A DNA stretch of 64,000 nt, taken from positions 480,001 through 544,000 of the forward strand of contig CAXXHO010000005.1 of the NCBI GenBank assembly GCA_963667725.2, written 5' to 3'. The stretch comes from Treponemataceae bacterium (GTDB taxonomy: Bacteria > Spirochaetota > Spirochaetia > Treponematales > Rectinemataceae). The notes beneath the pieces were generated by a model, which did no database searches, was not told where the DNA came from, and worked only from the letters and a program-made list of their open reading frames with translations. Position numbers and translations under genes: made by a program. Shown piece after piece: positions 63,659 through 64,000 of this stretch (within the stretch, counting starts at the first letter, position 1; every line of letters starts with the position of its first letter).

Positions 63659-63821
63659 GTTAGAATTTTCACCCCAAAGAGCACTTCTTTCTTCTCTTCT
63701 CTTTAACTTATCTATTTTCTTCTTTTCGTCGTTTTTTATATGCACGTAACATGCGAGAATAAGGGAAAGACGCACCGCTTCTCTTCCCTTTTCGAGCAGC
63801 TGAACAACTAATAATTCTAAC
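63659..63821. other. Gene-less cassette family B, copy 11
   Basis: Family B sequence. Confidence 0.9.
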
Positions 63822-64000
63822 ATTGGCTTAACCCTTAACGCGTACATTGGCGCGGTTTGTGCTTGCGAGCGAAGCGAGTTGCACAAACCGTGACAATAGC
63901 GTTATAGGGTTGAAGCAGGTGTTGGACGACCCTATTTAGCTGTCTATATACTTCCTAACTACATTCACTTTGCCGATTTTATAATCACTAAATCCTGATT

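Larger units (their letters stand above)
662..63927 (-). mobile_element. Integron gene-cassette array (super-integron), 87 attC sites, no intI in window
   Basis: Imperfect palindromes RYYYAAC...GTTRRRY separate single genes or gene pairs. The minus strand reads R'' CTAAC, 5-nt spacer, L'' CTTCAACC (extra C, plus a second extra A), then L' GGTTAAG, spacer, R' GTTAG, so the bottom (+) strand has extrahelical G and T. The two ends of each cassette are complementary, e.g. GTTAGGCTC at 1147 and GAGCCTAAC at 1673. Confidence 0.97.
42958..63927 (-). repeat. attC: attC sites 59-87
   Basis: 42958-43082,43826-43950,44451-44575,45090-45215,45908-46041,46684-46805,47746-47895,48674-48798,50044-50169,50891-51014,51564-51687,52306-52429,53056-53204,53354-53474,54174-54297,54447-54571,55049-55197,55346-55469,56773-56923,57557-57681,57831-57955,58105-58228,58799-58922,60419-60543,61206-61328,62168-62291,62910-63034,63541-63665,63815-63927. 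Confidence 0.95.

Noticed and set aside
16113..63886. Family B as a protein-coding gene (MLEL..LLEKGREAVRLSLILA...)
   Set aside because: The start comes from the neighbouring attC, stops differ among copies, changes are mostly non-synonymous, and the purine-rich strand is naturally stop-poor. Not fully excluded without ribosome data.
662..63927. CRISPR array or REP/MITE interpretation of the repeats
   Set aside because: Repeats are 113-152 bp with R/L boxes and extrahelical bases, separated by gene-sized units with complementary ends; no cas genes.
1..64000. Integron integrase, attI, tRNA or rRNA
   Set aside because: No tyrosine recombinase ORF or recognisable stable RNA gene in the window.

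Overview
The whole window is the interior of a large chromosomal integron cassette array (super-integron) from an AT-rich bacterium, probably a spirochaete (inferred from attC end sequences, not verified). I counted 87 attC sites by eye (about 113-152 bp each). Their top strand is the minus strand, so almost all cassette genes run right-to-left and intI/attI should lie beyond the right end; neither is in the window. Cargo includes GNATs, methyltransferases, NUDIX, nitroreductases, cupins, MBL hydrolases, an HD-GYP protein, seven type II toxin-antitoxin pairs with their own sigma70 promoters, HEPN-motif and other defence-like orphans, several duplicated cassettes and one IS1016-group (IS1595 family) insertion. 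The most unusual signals are non-coding. (1) All but one attC carry a sigma54-like -24/-12 motif (TTGGCRYR-N4-KTGC) on the + strand, pointing antisense into their own cassette; the mirror copy is usually broken at the GG. (2) Two families of multicopy gene-less cassettes (4 and 11 copies) have conserved + strand hairpins and often a dedicated long-loop attC. (3) A GNA-loop mini-hairpin sits at the 5' end of many unrelated cassettes. (4) A fixed ~55-bp leader with a second core site is shared by seven cassettes, almost all with unrelated genes. All family calls come from motif recognition by eye; no database searches were run.
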